A stretch of 61,538 nt of DNA, the filler included, from Porpidia crustulata (Eukaryota), in the NCBI GenBank assembly GCA_964255105.1. It is 11 parts of 11 records of this genome, joined end to end, with 100 filler letters (N's around TTAATTAATTAA, not from the genome) between each part and the next. Parts side by side here need not be neighbours in the genome. Positions count along the whole stretch, not along the records: positions 1 to 5,514 come from CAXUWE010001781.1; positions 5,615 to 11,128 come from CAXUWE010001782.1; positions 11,229 to 16,738 come from CAXUWE010001783.1; 8 more parts are not named here. One strand, 5' to 3'. The notes below the pieces were generated by a model that was not told where the DNA came from, made no database searches, and worked only from the letters and a program-made list of their open reading frames with translations. Shown here in pieces: positions 1-11,548 of the stretch; position 1 is the stretch's first letter, and every line of letters starts with the position of its first letter. Both the position numbers and the translations under genes were made by a program.

Positions 1-907
1 GGTTTGATGGCCGGGTAGGAGCCAAGTTATGATATGGGCGAGGTTGGGGAAAGCAAGAGTTTCTTATCATGAAGATGGCGGATGATGATATCGCGCGGCC
101 GCTGGGATAGGAGGCGGATTATTCTATTCTAGAGGAGATAGATCGACTACTGTTGCATTCAAAACATTTGTCTTAAAAAAGGGACATCCGACTATAAGCG
201 CTGGCTGTGAGATACCAAAGTCGAAAATTCGGGAGCTATGATACAACGATAGCAAGTGTGGAAAGACAAGTTGCAATGTTGTAGATGCGAGTAGCGTTGC
301 CGTCTGCCCTCTGAGCAGCGACATGACTTCCCGCGGTAAATCCAGACTTGAGAAAGAGACTACCTTACTCAAGTCTGTCTGTTCGTAAATCTTTCTGCTT
401 TCGATCGAAATGTTCATCGCCTTCGGATTGGAAGTTCATCCCAGGCAGGCAACGTCAGCGAAGGCTACAATCGGATGGGGCAGGAGTTTCTCATGGTCAT
501 TTCTAGAAAGGTAGAATACATAAATGGATAGGCACACAACATTCAAAGAACAATCTGATTTGTTGTTACCGCTAAATCTGCCTCAAAGCGATGGATTTTT
601 AGATGGCTACTTCCATGGGAGAAGCATAGAAACGGTCACTTGCAGACTTCTCCCGTCTTCCATTCGCCTCGAGTGTCCCTTCTGTAGTAGGGATGTATGT
701 ATCTTAACTTAATTTGTACAAAGCCTCTATCCTTAAACTACGCACATGCATACAGCTTGCCATTCATTTCCTTACTAGGCGATCGGGCTTCTATTGTGTT
801 ACAACTGGCGCCAGCATAAACCTCTGAGAGAGCCCAGAGCAGACGGTTCCCTGCAGAGTCTTTTTACCCTATTCCTAAGCCCAACGCAATATAAGCAGAG
901 AATTGGA

Positions 908-2597
908 ATGCATACCTTGAACTTTACCCTCGCACCTGATGGTGTAGCTCGTGTCCACGACGCTGTACTATGTCTCGCCAAATTCAGCGAGACGGTTTCA
1001 ATGGAAGCTCGCCATAACAAAGTGGGAAACCAACGGTTCCTATGATATCAGAAGGCTATATACAGACTGACCGACTCTATTCTCTCAGCTAATTCTCACT
1101 GCTTTAAATTCCTCCAAGTCTGCGTATGCTTCATTTTCACTCGGCAAACAATCGTTTTTTGAAAACTACAAATATGACTCTAAAGAGACTAGTGGCCTTC
1201 AATCCAGCGAGACTGACGCACGATTTACTTGTCAGTTGTATAATAAAGTATGTTAGAGCATATTTCCAGGCTACCGGTGAGTGGTTGACTTGGGCACTAG
1301 GCACTTCTGTCTGTCTTCAAAGGACGTCAAGGCGATGCGCGAGAGAAGGATACCGCTGTGGAAAGATGTGAAGTCTCCATACAAGACCGACCTGATAAGA
1401 CTGAATGCCGTTTAGTTGTCAAGATGGTCTGTAAGCACGGTTTGTATTGTTTGCTCTTGCCACTAAGATCATACTAAATACAATCACTCCTGAAGGCGTT
1501 ACCAAAACATATAGGCTCACCTATGAATCGATCGAAGTCATGCATGCACTCTTTGATGAGAATGCCGCCAAGAATAGATGGAGCATCGCTGCCAGTATAC
1601 TTCGAACATTCATCGAATATTTTGGAGCAGGGACTGAACAGCTTGACATATATTCCGATGCTGGAAGGGCAACGTTGACAAGTTATACAGAAAAGATCAT
1701 GGATGGAAGAGGTCTGGCGAGCCTTTAGCACTGTATGATCCTCGATTAACTTTCATTAGAGACACTGAAACAACCTTTACAAACGTCCGTTGCCATTGAC
1801 ACCTTGGACTTTGAAGATTTTACTGTCGAAGAAAAGCTACATATTGGGATCAGCGTCAAAGACTTCAAAGCCATAGTCCTGCATGCTGAGACGCTTAAAA
1901 CGAGTATATACGCTCGATACTCTCTCCCGAGTCGGCCCATGCAGCTGAAATACCACGCGCACGGTATGCAATGTGAATTCACCTTGATGACCATCGGTGA
2001 GTATCGCGGCAGTCCCGCTACCCCTGCTCCTGCGATTGCTCCAGATGCATCCGTAGCCCCGATAGACAGAAATCTCGCCCGTCAACCTCCCATTCAAACC
2101 AGCGACCAGCAGACAACCAACTCAATGCCACCTCCTACACAGCCAGCCTCGCGAAGCTTTACCAGGGAGCCTCCAAGCCAGCGACCACATAGGCCATCGC
2201 CGCCCCCACCAAAGGCCAACCTGGATCCAGAAAGCTTGTTTCTTCCAGCAGTAGATGACGATGATCGTCAATGGGACGAGAGGAATTATGATGATGATCA
2301 AGACACGCTAGGCTGGGATGCAAGCGCTGATAACAACGTATGCAATTTGATAGATGGCCGGAAGTATTGCGCACTGACAGTGTGTTGAAGGATCATTTTG
2401 CGAGAAGCTCCCGTAATCTTCGGAAAGGCCCAGAGACTTCGTCAAGGCCACTGGCTGACCAGGCATGGCCTGAAGACGATGACAGACGTATAGCACCCAC
2501 GCAAAGGCTTTCAGATGTATGTTTGGTTTTCGATATTCTCTGAAGGCATGTGCTGACTATAGTCCAGATCCACACCCTTTTCCATGAAGATTTATGA
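908..2597 (+). CDS. rad9: DNA damage checkpoint 9-1-1 clamp subunit Rad9 (multi-exon)
   Basis: Spliced reading MHTLNFTL..CLAKFSETVSMEA / LILTALNSSKSAYASF / ALLSVFKG..VERCEV / GVTKTYRLTYE..EQLDIY / LQTSVAIDTLDFEDF..ISVKDFKAIVLHAE..PSRPMQL..CEFTLMT matches fungal Rad9. GT-AG introns (e.g. 1022-1088). The last exons and the stop at 2595-2597 are less certain. Confidence 0.88.
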
Positions 2598-2858
2598 AGC
2601 GGTCTCTAGGGGCCGCGAAAACAAAGCTCGTCTGGACATACCTTAACCTAAGAATCCCACAGGGGTTCCACGATTTTGATACTGGAGAGGCAAGCAATAG
2701 AGCCAATACTGGATATTCGTCTATTGATCGATTCTCAGTTTTGCTAGATAGATCAACTGCACCGGAGCCTGCAAACATGTGCTCCTTTACGACCATCTCG
2801 GATGACTGAGCGTGTACAACACCTTGGGTTCAGCTTCACGATTCTCATTGAGGGTACC

Positions 2859-3926
2859 TCATTCTGCGGTCTCCACCACTATAAAGCTAGTAGCGCAACC
2901 AGCACCAACACCGACAACCTCAGAATCGTGATCAATTTGAACAGGAATCTTGACACATCTGCCTTTCACATCTCCAGCTTTGTCAACGTCAGGCCCACAA
3001 TTTCCATGCTCTCCCCAACCCCAGCTAAGGACTCTCCCGGCGCCTGTCAACGCAAGGACGTGCTCACTGCCTACTGCTATTTGTTTTATATTTGGTAAAC
3101 CTGATGGAGCTAGCTGACCATGGTCGTTCCGACCCCATGACACAATCTTTCCGTTGGTCTTAAGAACGAGAATACTTCCCCAACCTGCGCCTATCTCACT
3201 CCACTTCGGGATTCCACGCGGTGCATCAGTTCTGATACTCCATTTGTCAGATCCAAGAATTGCATGGCGACCCTCTCCTGCCTCTCCAACGAGATAGGTG
3301 AACTCCCTGCCACACACAGCACGCACGACAGGAAATTCTACGTTCTTGATTTTACGAGGGGCATACACAATCTGCGATGGCTCCCCTAGCTGGCCTTTGC
3401 GACCGTCTCCCCATCCCCAAGCTTCCCCGTCCGCCAGTACGACTACCGTGTGGCCTACGCCGCTTGCTAGGTCTACAACATGAGTGCTGGGTGGAGGGAA
3501 GGTTTGGACTTCTAGCCAACAAGATGAATCCACTTCTCCAGTACCAAGTTCGGCCCTGGTTCCCTTTCCTTGTGTAAGTATTTGTTGATGCCTATTGACC
3601 AATACGGAAGCTTCCCAGAGTGCAGAGCAAAACTGCACTTTTGGATCTGGAGTAACTAGTCTTCGAAACCTCTGTCGTTGAGTTGTGTAGAGATCTAATG
3701 TGGCTTCCTCGTGACCTTGAAAGAAAGATCCAGAGGCGTAAATACCACCACTTTCAGAGAGGATCAAAGTATGATTTCCCCCCGCTGTAATGCTAGAAAT
3801 TCGCCCCAGAGGTTCTTGTGGATCTGGGCCAGCAAACAAGCAAATTTGAGGGAAAGAGGTGTCCATCTGATTTCCGATACCTAACTGGCCTGCACCATTC
3901 GAGCCAAAGGCGTGAATTTTTGGCAT
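2859..3926 (-). CDS. ATS1: RCC1-repeat protein, Ats1/Kti13-like (alpha-tubulin suppressor)
   Basis: Single exon from ATG 3926: FGSNGAGQLG, AGGNHT, WGDGRKGQLG, WGRNDHGQL, GSEH, WGWGEHGNCG and terminal GAGCATSF, typical of Ats1 orthologues. Confidence 0.82.
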   Translation of the reverse strand: MPKIHAFGSNGAGQLGIGNQMDTSFPQICLFAGPDPQEPLGRISSITAGGNHTLILSESGGIYASGSFFQGHEEATLDLYTTQRQRFRRLVTPDPKVQFCSALWEASVLVNRHQQILTQGKGTRAELGTGEVDSSCWLEVQTFPPPSTHVVDLASGVGHTVVVLADGEAWGWGDGRKGQLGEPSQIVYAPRKIKNVEFPVVRAVCGREFTYLVGEAGEGRHAILGSDKWSIRTDAPRGIPKWSEIGAGWGSILVLKTNGKIVSWGRNDHGQLAPSGLPNIKQIAVGSEHVLALTGAGRVLSWGWGEHGNCGPDVDKAGDVKGRCVKIPVQIDHDSEVVGVGAGCATSFIVVETAE

Positions 3927-4041
3927 GATACACTTAAGCCAGAGCAATTAGAGATATGTGCCTGGCACACGGGTGAAAAAAAACTGATAGTCCAGAGGTT
4001 CCACCCACTACTATCGAGCTGATACAAAAGAATTAAGCAAG

Positions 4042-4176
4042 AGTCCCACAAAGTTTCATTAAATCTAATAATGAAACAAACGTTCAATAAATTACGTTCA
4101 GTCATTTATTAAATTCGCTATTTAGATGAATTTGAACGATGTTTGCTTGTAAATTTGATGAAGTTCTTTGGGTACT
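4042..4176. repeat. Degenerate AT-rich inverted repeat (MITE-like relic)
   Basis: 4042-4087 aligns by eye to the reverse complement of 4132-4176 at roughly 70% identity, mostly transition mismatches. Confidence 0.4.
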
Positions 4177-4321
4177 TAGGTCGGTGATGATCCTTGATCA
4201 ATCCACAGGGCTTAGCGGGCGGTACCTAAGCGAGCCCCATCGAGGCTTCCACACACGCTAATCACTACGAAATTCCGATATTACTCACTACACATTGACT
4301 TGCGCAACTTCATCCAGAAAC

Positions 4322-4935
4322 ATGTCTTCGCCGCAGATGGTGCAGTGCTTCGGCAAGAAGAAGACAGGTAAACTGACCTATTCTCGTAGTGGATTCGCAA
4401 GCTAATTTTCAATCAGCAACCGCTGTAGCACACTGCAAGGTACATTGAGTCTGAGCCTAAGCCCGGCAGCACCAGACTAAGCACTCCCTCTAACACACAT
4501 CTCTCAGGCCGGCAAAGGCATTGTCAAAGTCAATGGCAAACCTCTTTCCCTCATCCAACCCGAAATCCTCCGTTTCAAGGTTAGCCGCTTTCCCCCCTCC
4601 AGCTCACGTCGAAAACAAACCCACCTGACCCTCCAATCTTATAGGTCTACGAGCCTCTCCTCACCGTCGGTCTTGACAAATTCGCCCAAGTTGACATCCG
4701 TGTCCGTGTCAGTGGTGGTGGTCACACCTCGCAAATCTATGCCATACGCCAAGCCATTGCCAAATCGATAGTCGCCTACTATCAGAAGTATGTGGATGAG
4801 TACGCCAAGAACCAGCTGAAGCAAGCTCTGGTGCAATACGATCGAACGTTACTGGTAGCGGATAATAGAAGGGCTGAGCCAAAGAAATTTGGAGGGAAGG
4901 GAGCAAGGAGTCGGTTCCAGAAGAGTTATCGTTGA
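4322..4935 (+). CDS. RPS16: 40S ribosomal protein S16 (uS9), 4 exons
   Basis: [85 protein letters not shown]; three GT-AG introns. Confidence 0.97.
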
Positions 4936-5514
4936 GTGTGGGGTATGTGGTGATGTTGGAGATGTGGAAATTGTGGGATCAGTTATTTTGCCTACTATCA
5001 AAATACTGAGCTTCGTGTTCTGTGACGGTCTCGACTCGAATACTTCTCGGGGTTTGAATGTTCTAAGCGATGTATCTTCTAAGCACACGCTGAGATGGGC
5101 TTGACCACCAGAAGAATTCTCTCTGGATTACATAGAATTGTATGCACTATGCGTGTAGAGCTTGCAGAGTGTAAAGCACCTCGAACAACTAGCCTTACTC
5201 TCAGAGTTTTGCTGAGAAATCTGCCACACCTTTACGTCTGCTTCCGAACCACTTCTAACCACCTTTGGCACGTACCATCCTGGCTCTTTTCTTTTTCTCA
5301 TGTCTGCAATGAGCCTCTCCAACGCTTCGAGCAACCAGAACAACTGCCCTCCTCCCCCTCCATCGCTGTAATAGAACCCTCTGCAGACTCATAGCAACAA
5401 TGTCTCCCACTCATCCTAGCAGACCATCCATATAATTATCCGTCATCTCATCCCACACCCTCACACCCCCCCACCCTGCCCCCGTCAACACCCACACAGC
5501 ATAAGCTCTCCCAC

Positions 5515-5614
5515 NNNNNNNNNNNNNNNNNNNNNNNNNNNNNNNNNNNNNNNNNNNNTTAATTAATTAANNNNNNNNNNNNNNNNNNNNNNNNNNNNNN
5601 NNNNNNNNNNNNNN
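5515..5614. other. Artificial contig-joining spacer
   Basis: 44 N + TTAATTAATTAA (stops in all six frames) + 44 N. Confidence 0.98.
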
Positions 5615-6407
5615 GGCCCCAATAGTATGTCTCATAATACCCCCAACAACATCTGGAATGACCAATCCTCAATCCCAACCACCTCCTCTGCCCCCTAGCC
5701 CCCCCTAACCGCGAACAATATCGTACGACTGTGAGGCTGAGGAATTTACCGCCCTTCACTCCCTCCACTCGTGCACCATGCTCCACACGGACCGGCCCGG
5801 TGAGCTGAAGCAAATGACGACAAAACGCCGAAGCACAAGCTCCGGAGAAGTCATCGACTACATGCCCCCTCTCGGTAAAGTTCTCTACTTCACCCGCGCC
5901 GCCGTTAGTACCCTCAAAGGATTGCTCGACTCGCCCTACACCCAGCAACCGCATCTCGTCCTCCTCTACTTGACCATCGCCTCCAAAGTCCTCTTCTGGT
6001 ACCGACTCGTCGTCTCCTCCCAATACCAATCCAAAAATGGGCCCCGCTCCCCGAGCTCGGATCAAAACAACACTTTCAATGGTCAGTCCCTCCGACCCAG
6101 CACGTGTCTATCCACCACCGACCGCGGGGTTAAATCCGTCTCCATCCAAATCGGCGTCTTCGACATCGAGGACGAAGATCAGAAGCTCCTGATGCGAGAG
6201 GTCTTACTGCGGGAAGTCCGAAAATTGGAGGGCATCGTGGATAAGATGAAACTGCTGGGCGACGAATGCACGCGCGACGACGAGTACAATGACGAGCAAC
6301 GCGTTTCGGGTTGGTATGGTGTTGCGGGTAGCAAGATGCAGGCAGAGGTACAGGATACGCTGAGGCAGATTCAGGACCTTGGCGCCGGCGCGAGGCGAGA
6401 TAGATAG
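5615..6407 (+). CDS. Partial (C-terminal) AflR/MdpE-like fungal transcription factor, possibly pseudogenised
   Basis: YDCE..ALHSLH, KVLYFTRAAVSTLKGLL, LLYLTIASKVLFWY and IQIGVFDIEDEDQKLLMREVLLREVRKL resemble the AflR C-terminal domain. 5' end cut by the contig edge; in-frame TAA at 5706-5708. Confidence 0.6.
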
Positions 6408-7001
6408 ACAAGGGTTTGGACAGTGTGGGTATCATGATAAATTGCCTGCCTCAAACCCGATTTTTTTGGTGCAATCCTAGGGTTCAGGCGACTGGCTCAA
6501 CAATCTTCAGTGGGCTTCTACACCTAAAAATCAACTCATTTCCGTTATTGCGCACGGTTTGGGACGACCCTGAGCATAGCACGATAAGCACCCAACATCC
6601 CAATCCAGGCTCCAATCAGACGAGATCAGACCAGATACGATATTTCATCACCTGTGGAGAACGAGTCATTTACCTTGCACGGGATTTAGCGATTGCTTTT
6701 TCATGGTTTTGACTTCAAAATGATGCTCTGAACCAGAGCCATAATTTTAGGTGAGTACTTCGACATTCCATCAAGGACGCACTACGGTTACACTTGACCA
6801 TGTATCTGGAATTTTTATTTTTCATGCATCTAACGAAGACGGCAATTCTAGAATTTGTGGGTTCGACGCCAGAAAGGTCGTCTGGTATCCGGGTACTAAA
6901 TACGAATGCGGTACGGAACATACTTGTACCCAGTCACCATTGCTGAGGAACACTGAAGGACCCTGCCAAACTCTCTCACAGACGCTGTGCCCTATGTGTC
7001 T

Positions 7002-7880
7002 TCACACAACCATGCGCATCTTCAACTGGTCCCCACTGACAATAGCATCCTTCTTGCCCTCCAACTCTTCAACGTCCCAGTTGGCGCTCAAGTACCGTCC
7101 GCTCAACCACTCCCGTCGCCCCTGAACCAACCAAAGCAAGAACGCCCCGCAGAGCTCCACGTCGTCGACCGCCCACGCCCGAGCTTCTGGCGCCATGCCG
7201 ATTGGCGGAGGCATCGTCGCAACGATACCCGGGTGAACGGCATACGCCAATATGCCTTCACCGCCATACGTCTCGGCCACTGCCTCGGTCAGCCTGTTGA
7301 CTGCCACCTCGGAGATGTTGTAGCCAATGGCGCCCATGCTAGCGAAATGCGACATGGCGCTGGTAACGTTGACGATAGTCTTGGCACCGCCCTCGCTCTT
7401 CAATAGCAGCGGCAGCAAGGCTTGGATGACGGCGAATCCACCGACAAAGTTGACCGCCATCGTCTTCTGGAGTTGTTCGGTCTCGATATCAGCAAACTTG
7501 TTAAACGCAGACTCGGGCGTGTTTACTATTCCGGCGTTGTTGATGAGCAGATCAAGACGGCCGTGGGAGGATGTAACGGTATCCGCCACAAGCTTTGCAG
7601 AGGACGGATCGCCGAGGTCGGCCGAGAGGACGGTGACTTCGAGGTCAGGAAACGAGGCAGCAGCTTCGACGTCTCTTTTCGTCGTGAGGAGAGCCGAAGA
7701 CTTGGTGGTGGTGGCGAGGATGAGACCGGTTGCGTCGGCCTGAGCGAAGGCCTTGGCTGTTGCGGCGCCAACGTTGCGGCTCGCTCCGATGACGGTGATG
7801 ACGAAGGGAGAGGGGAACTTCTGGGTGGAGGGATGGTGGGATATTGGAGGGGCGCTGCTGAGCTTGGTGGTAAAGTTCAT
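7002..7880 (-). CDS. Short-chain dehydrogenase/reductase with altered cofactor and catalytic motifs
   Basis: IGASRNVG, GRLDLLINNAG, IVNVTS, YNISE (YxxxK position), AVHPG, WLSGRYLSANWDVEEL. Confidence 0.88.
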   Translation of the reverse strand: MNFTTKLSSAPPISHHPSTQKFPSPFVITVIGASRNVGAATAKAFAQADATGLILATTTKSSALLTTKRDVEAAASFPDLEVTVLSADLGDPSSAKLVADTVTSSHGRLDLLINNAGIVNTPESAFNKFADIETEQLQKTMAVNFVGGFAVIQALLPLLLKSEGGAKTIVNVTSAMSHFASMGAIGYNISEVAVNRLTEAVAETYGGEGILAYAVHPGIVATMPPPIGMAPEARAWAVDDVELCGAFLLWLVQGRREWLSGRYLSANWDVEELEGKKDAIVSGDQLKMRMVV

Positions 7881-8470
7881 GCCGGTCCACGGTGGTGCCG
7901 CCAGTTTTGCGGTATAGTGAGTGTGTCATTGGACCCATGTGTGTTGTTGCTGCTGTCAACGTAGATGTTGAGGAGAATCAGCGCTGCTCCTGCTATCAGG
8001 CTGTCAGACCCGGCTTTTGGTTTGCAATGTACGGATATTTAGCAACCTGCAACTTCGATCCTCTTTCGACCAGCGACTTTCCTTTACTTCCCTATCGGCG
8101 AGCCATTTGCAGTCAGGATTTAAAACCCAGCCAATGCCAATCATATATTCGGGAAGCGACCAAATCCGGTCGATAATCGATTTCTCATGGCAGGACAGCT
8201 TTCCTAGGGTTAGGGTTACCTCCATCAGTCTGAGCGGAAAGTAGTTGTCCCGTTGAGGGGTACAGCATGCGGTTAGTAGAACTCGTAAAACACGACAGAT
8301 GTTCTGGCTGATCAAGCTAAAATACAATCAAGAAGCTGTGCAGCAATAGAAGATAGTCTTTGCTAAGAACAAAAGCAATGTCAAATCTGACCGTTCATTG
8401 ATCTTGTCCATAAGGTCGTATCGTTAACTTTGTTTGAATATCGTTCGCAGAGAGGCTGTTAGTAGCGACG

Positions 8471-9982
8471 ATGACAGCATTCTTTGATATCCCCAAAGAG
8501 ATAAGATTACAGATTTATAGGTTCTGCAATATCGTTCGTGTCTGCCCCATCGATCTCGCAGGAGTTGTTAGGAGACATAGAAGCAAATGCAATGTTGTCG
8601 AGAACTCGCTTCGACTGCAAGAATCCCGCCATGGCGGACGAATCTGCGGGGAATACACAGAATGTTGGACCGGCGTCACGTATATGGATCATGGGTTGCA
8701 CTCGCCTCTGCCGGTACAGCTACTTCGCGTTTGTCGCGTCATGTGTGACGAGATCACTCCAATCTTGTATGGTGAGAATGTATTCAAAATCAAGTTACAG
8801 CAACCGCTGGGCGCTGAGAACCTAGCCAATCTCAATCAAAAGGCTTTGAAGTCTCTGAGATACTTCCACATACGTCTCCACAAGTGTGATGCTCCTAAAG
8901 GGAGAACAGCCAGTTATGAATCACTCCTGGAGCGCTTAGAAAAGATTTCTCGGATACTTGCAGCCAACGTGCCACCGTTCCAGATGAAATTCAGCTTCGA
9001 GAGTAACTTTACGGACTCGGAGATGATACAAGAAGTGATCTCATTCCTCAAGTATCTGCCTAAGATGAAAGACTGTGCCGTTTCTCTGCTTCCCTACCGC
9101 AACAAGGAACTCTCTGACATCGCCAAAAAGGTCGCATTGGACCTCATGGGATGCTCTATAACTACAGGAGCAAGCTCGGAGAGCCATTTCCCCTTCAACC
9201 GTCTTCCCGAAGAACTACAAATCCTGATCCTTTCCAATACTGATCTAGTAATGCCACTAGACGATACAAACCGCGGCGTCGTTGAGTTCGAAGGACGTCG
9301 AACCTCTCTTTACAGATCATGTTGTCGGGAATGTATTAGCTCGTTGGAGAGTTGTTGTTGTCCAGGAATGCGTGCAGCCTTTTCCGGGAAATGTATCTGT
9401 CCAGAGATTCCATCACCTCTATTTGTCCTAAGCCATCAAATGCTCAAAAAATCCCAAGACATATTTTTCTCCCAGAACCGATTCATCCCACACATAAATA
9501 CGGATTTCAGCTTGAAGTATTTTAGTAAAATGCCGCTTTCTGGACTCGGAAAAATCCGGATACTTGATTTGGCCATAGGGCGCGATGCAGATGGTTTCGA
9601 AAACTGGAAGCAGCATTGGATTCAGCTTGTGGAATTCATCAGTAACAATCTTGATCTTGCACGGCTATGGTTGACTGTCGATGCCGGCATTCATAGAAAA
9701 AGACGGTTAGAGAAACCTCACGATATTGAGGGTCAATATCGGTCTATGATGAAGCCGCTGCAGCGGTTAGAAGGATTGCAAAAATTTCACGTTTTGCTCA
9801 GTTGAGACTTTGAATACGAAGCAATCGCGGAGAAGGAAATTATGGGCGAGAGCTACGATAGCAGCAAAGACGGAAAGCTATGGTATGAGGACAGACCCGT
9901 TACAGCCACTTCGACACGGACCGCTCCCACCCGCAGAGCACTGTTGGGGGCGTTTCCATACGGTGGCGTTACGATTCTCTAG
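8471..9982 (+). pseudogene. Fungal hypothetical protein with two F-box-like motifs; premature TGA at 9803-9805
   Basis: FFDIPKEIRLQIY..LLRVCR..EITPILYGENVF and FPFNRLPEELQILIL motifs plus a Cys cluster. The frame continues 58 codons past the TGA (DFEYEAIAEKEIMGESYDSSKDGK..) to TAG 9980-9982. Confidence 0.55.
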
Positions 9983-11073
9983 GTAGCACACGGGTCACAC
10001 ATAGAGCGGGACCGCAGAATTGATCTCTCACTCAATTCATTGAATTCACTACTGCATTTTTTATTTCGTTCTTTCATAAAATTAAATTACAATCTGAGTC
10101 TGAAAAAGATGTATCATGATGTTTGAAGTTCAGTCTCATGTTAGTATGGTTAAAAAATCCAGTGATACATTTGACGATTGAAGTGAGAAACCGATTTTGT
10201 ACGTTGAGGTCGTAGTTTCCCACCTTAGTATCTGTTAGATCGTGCCGCTTCAGTATCACTTGTGGTGCTTTGCCTACGTGACAAGGACGTTCTGGAGGAA
10301 AAGGACTGCGATCCGGAAATCACTAGTGTGATCAGACACGCTATCCCAATTTCGGATGCGCTTGTGCGCCAATATCTTCTCTGGTCCAACATTAGCGAAC
10401 ATCATCATAGTCTCAATGTCGTACAAAAGAAAATGTCTAGAACACGAAGTCGATGGGAGTACAAGGACGCTCACGAATACAACCTAATGCCGTAATGATT
10501 TTTCGCAAATTTTGGGCATCATTGACCTCATATCTTGCTGGATGGAGCGAGTAACTTGGTGAACCACGACTTCTGCATCTGACCCCTGGTCTGTCGTGGC
10601 GAAACGGACAATGAGGAGGGCGAGTGCATCGTCTAATCTAAATCGCATGATAACTTGCAGATTCCCCCTTGGCCACACATGCATCTTTTGATGCTTGTTT
10701 TACCGTTGATGATCTTATCACCTTGTTCAGCACGTACCTGAATATCAATTGGAACGGCAGTGCCTTAGTCTTGCATGACTAGTATGCGCTGAGCATGTTT
10801 CTCCTACTGCAATCTGATACGCGCTGTTCAGCCACTTCATAAATGACAACCAAGTCCCGTTCAATGGACTGGTGAACAGAATTTATATCGCTTCTTTCAT
10901 TCTCATCAAGTCTACGCACATTGAAAGTACCCACCCAACACTCTTCGTGGAATCAAAGCTTTCAAAGCCGCCATAAACAAACCCTGAGAGCTTCCATTAA
11001 TCCTTCGACATCCTCGCATCAAAATTCAGCGAAGCGCAGGCCTGCGCCAAAAACCATCCTCTTCTCACCAACA

Positions 11074-11128
11074 ATGGCCTCACCAACAACATCATCCACC
11101 GCCCCCACAGACACCACCTCCACAACTC
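11074..11128 (+). CDS. Probable 5' end of a gene truncated by the contig end
   Basis: ATG in good context (ccaacaATGG) after a C/A-rich leader; MASPTTSSTAPTDTTSTT, too short to identify. Confidence 0.3.
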
Positions 11129-11228
11129 NNNNNNNNNNNNNNNNNNNNNNNNNNNNNNNNNNNNNNNNNNNNTTAATTAATTAANNNNNNNNNNNNNNNN
11201 NNNNNNNNNNNNNNNNNNNNNNNNNNNN
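11129..11228. other. Artificial contig-joining spacer
   Basis: N44-TTAATTAATTAA-N44. Confidence 0.98.
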
Positions 11229-11516
11229 CGTTTTATGCTCAAAAGCTTCTAGGGCTTTTGGATAGTAAACCTTAGCTTAGATTTGGATTCGGATGCGTAA
11301 AATGGGGGGGGGATCCTTGAAAAGAGATAGCGCCTCAAGCAGCGGCTCACTGAGGTATGCGCCATGTATATCCCTCGTCGCGTCGAGATGAGCATGGTAT
11401 AGCCGGCGTGGACCATGCTAGATCCTTATCGCATGATAGCCGAGTTCGCCATCACTAGTCATGCTTAGGGGACGGTGCTTGGTGTTTTCAAGACATAGAA
11501 GATAGCCGCGCATAGA

Positions 11517-11548
11517 GAAAGAAGGAAAGAAAGAAAGAAAGAAAGAAA
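11517..11548 (+). repeat. (GAAA)n microsatellite
   Basis: About 8 GAAA units, one being GAAG. Confidence 0.9.

Noticed and set aside
124..712. Short ORFs upstream of rad9
   Set aside because: No recognisable domain or splice structure.
5559..5570. Regularly spaced TTAATTAATTAA and ORFs ending in X..LIN
   Set aside because: Synthetic linker with stops in all frames; not a biological repeat or CRISPR array.
6855..6875. GGTTCGA T-loop-like motif suggesting a tRNA
   Set aside because: No cloverleaf arms or A-box could be built around it.
7327..7964. Long antisense and alternate-frame ORFs over the SDR (also over Sas3, Pex2, Kap120, OPA3)
   Set aside because: Shadow ORFs from GC-rich codon bias; no recognisable motifs.
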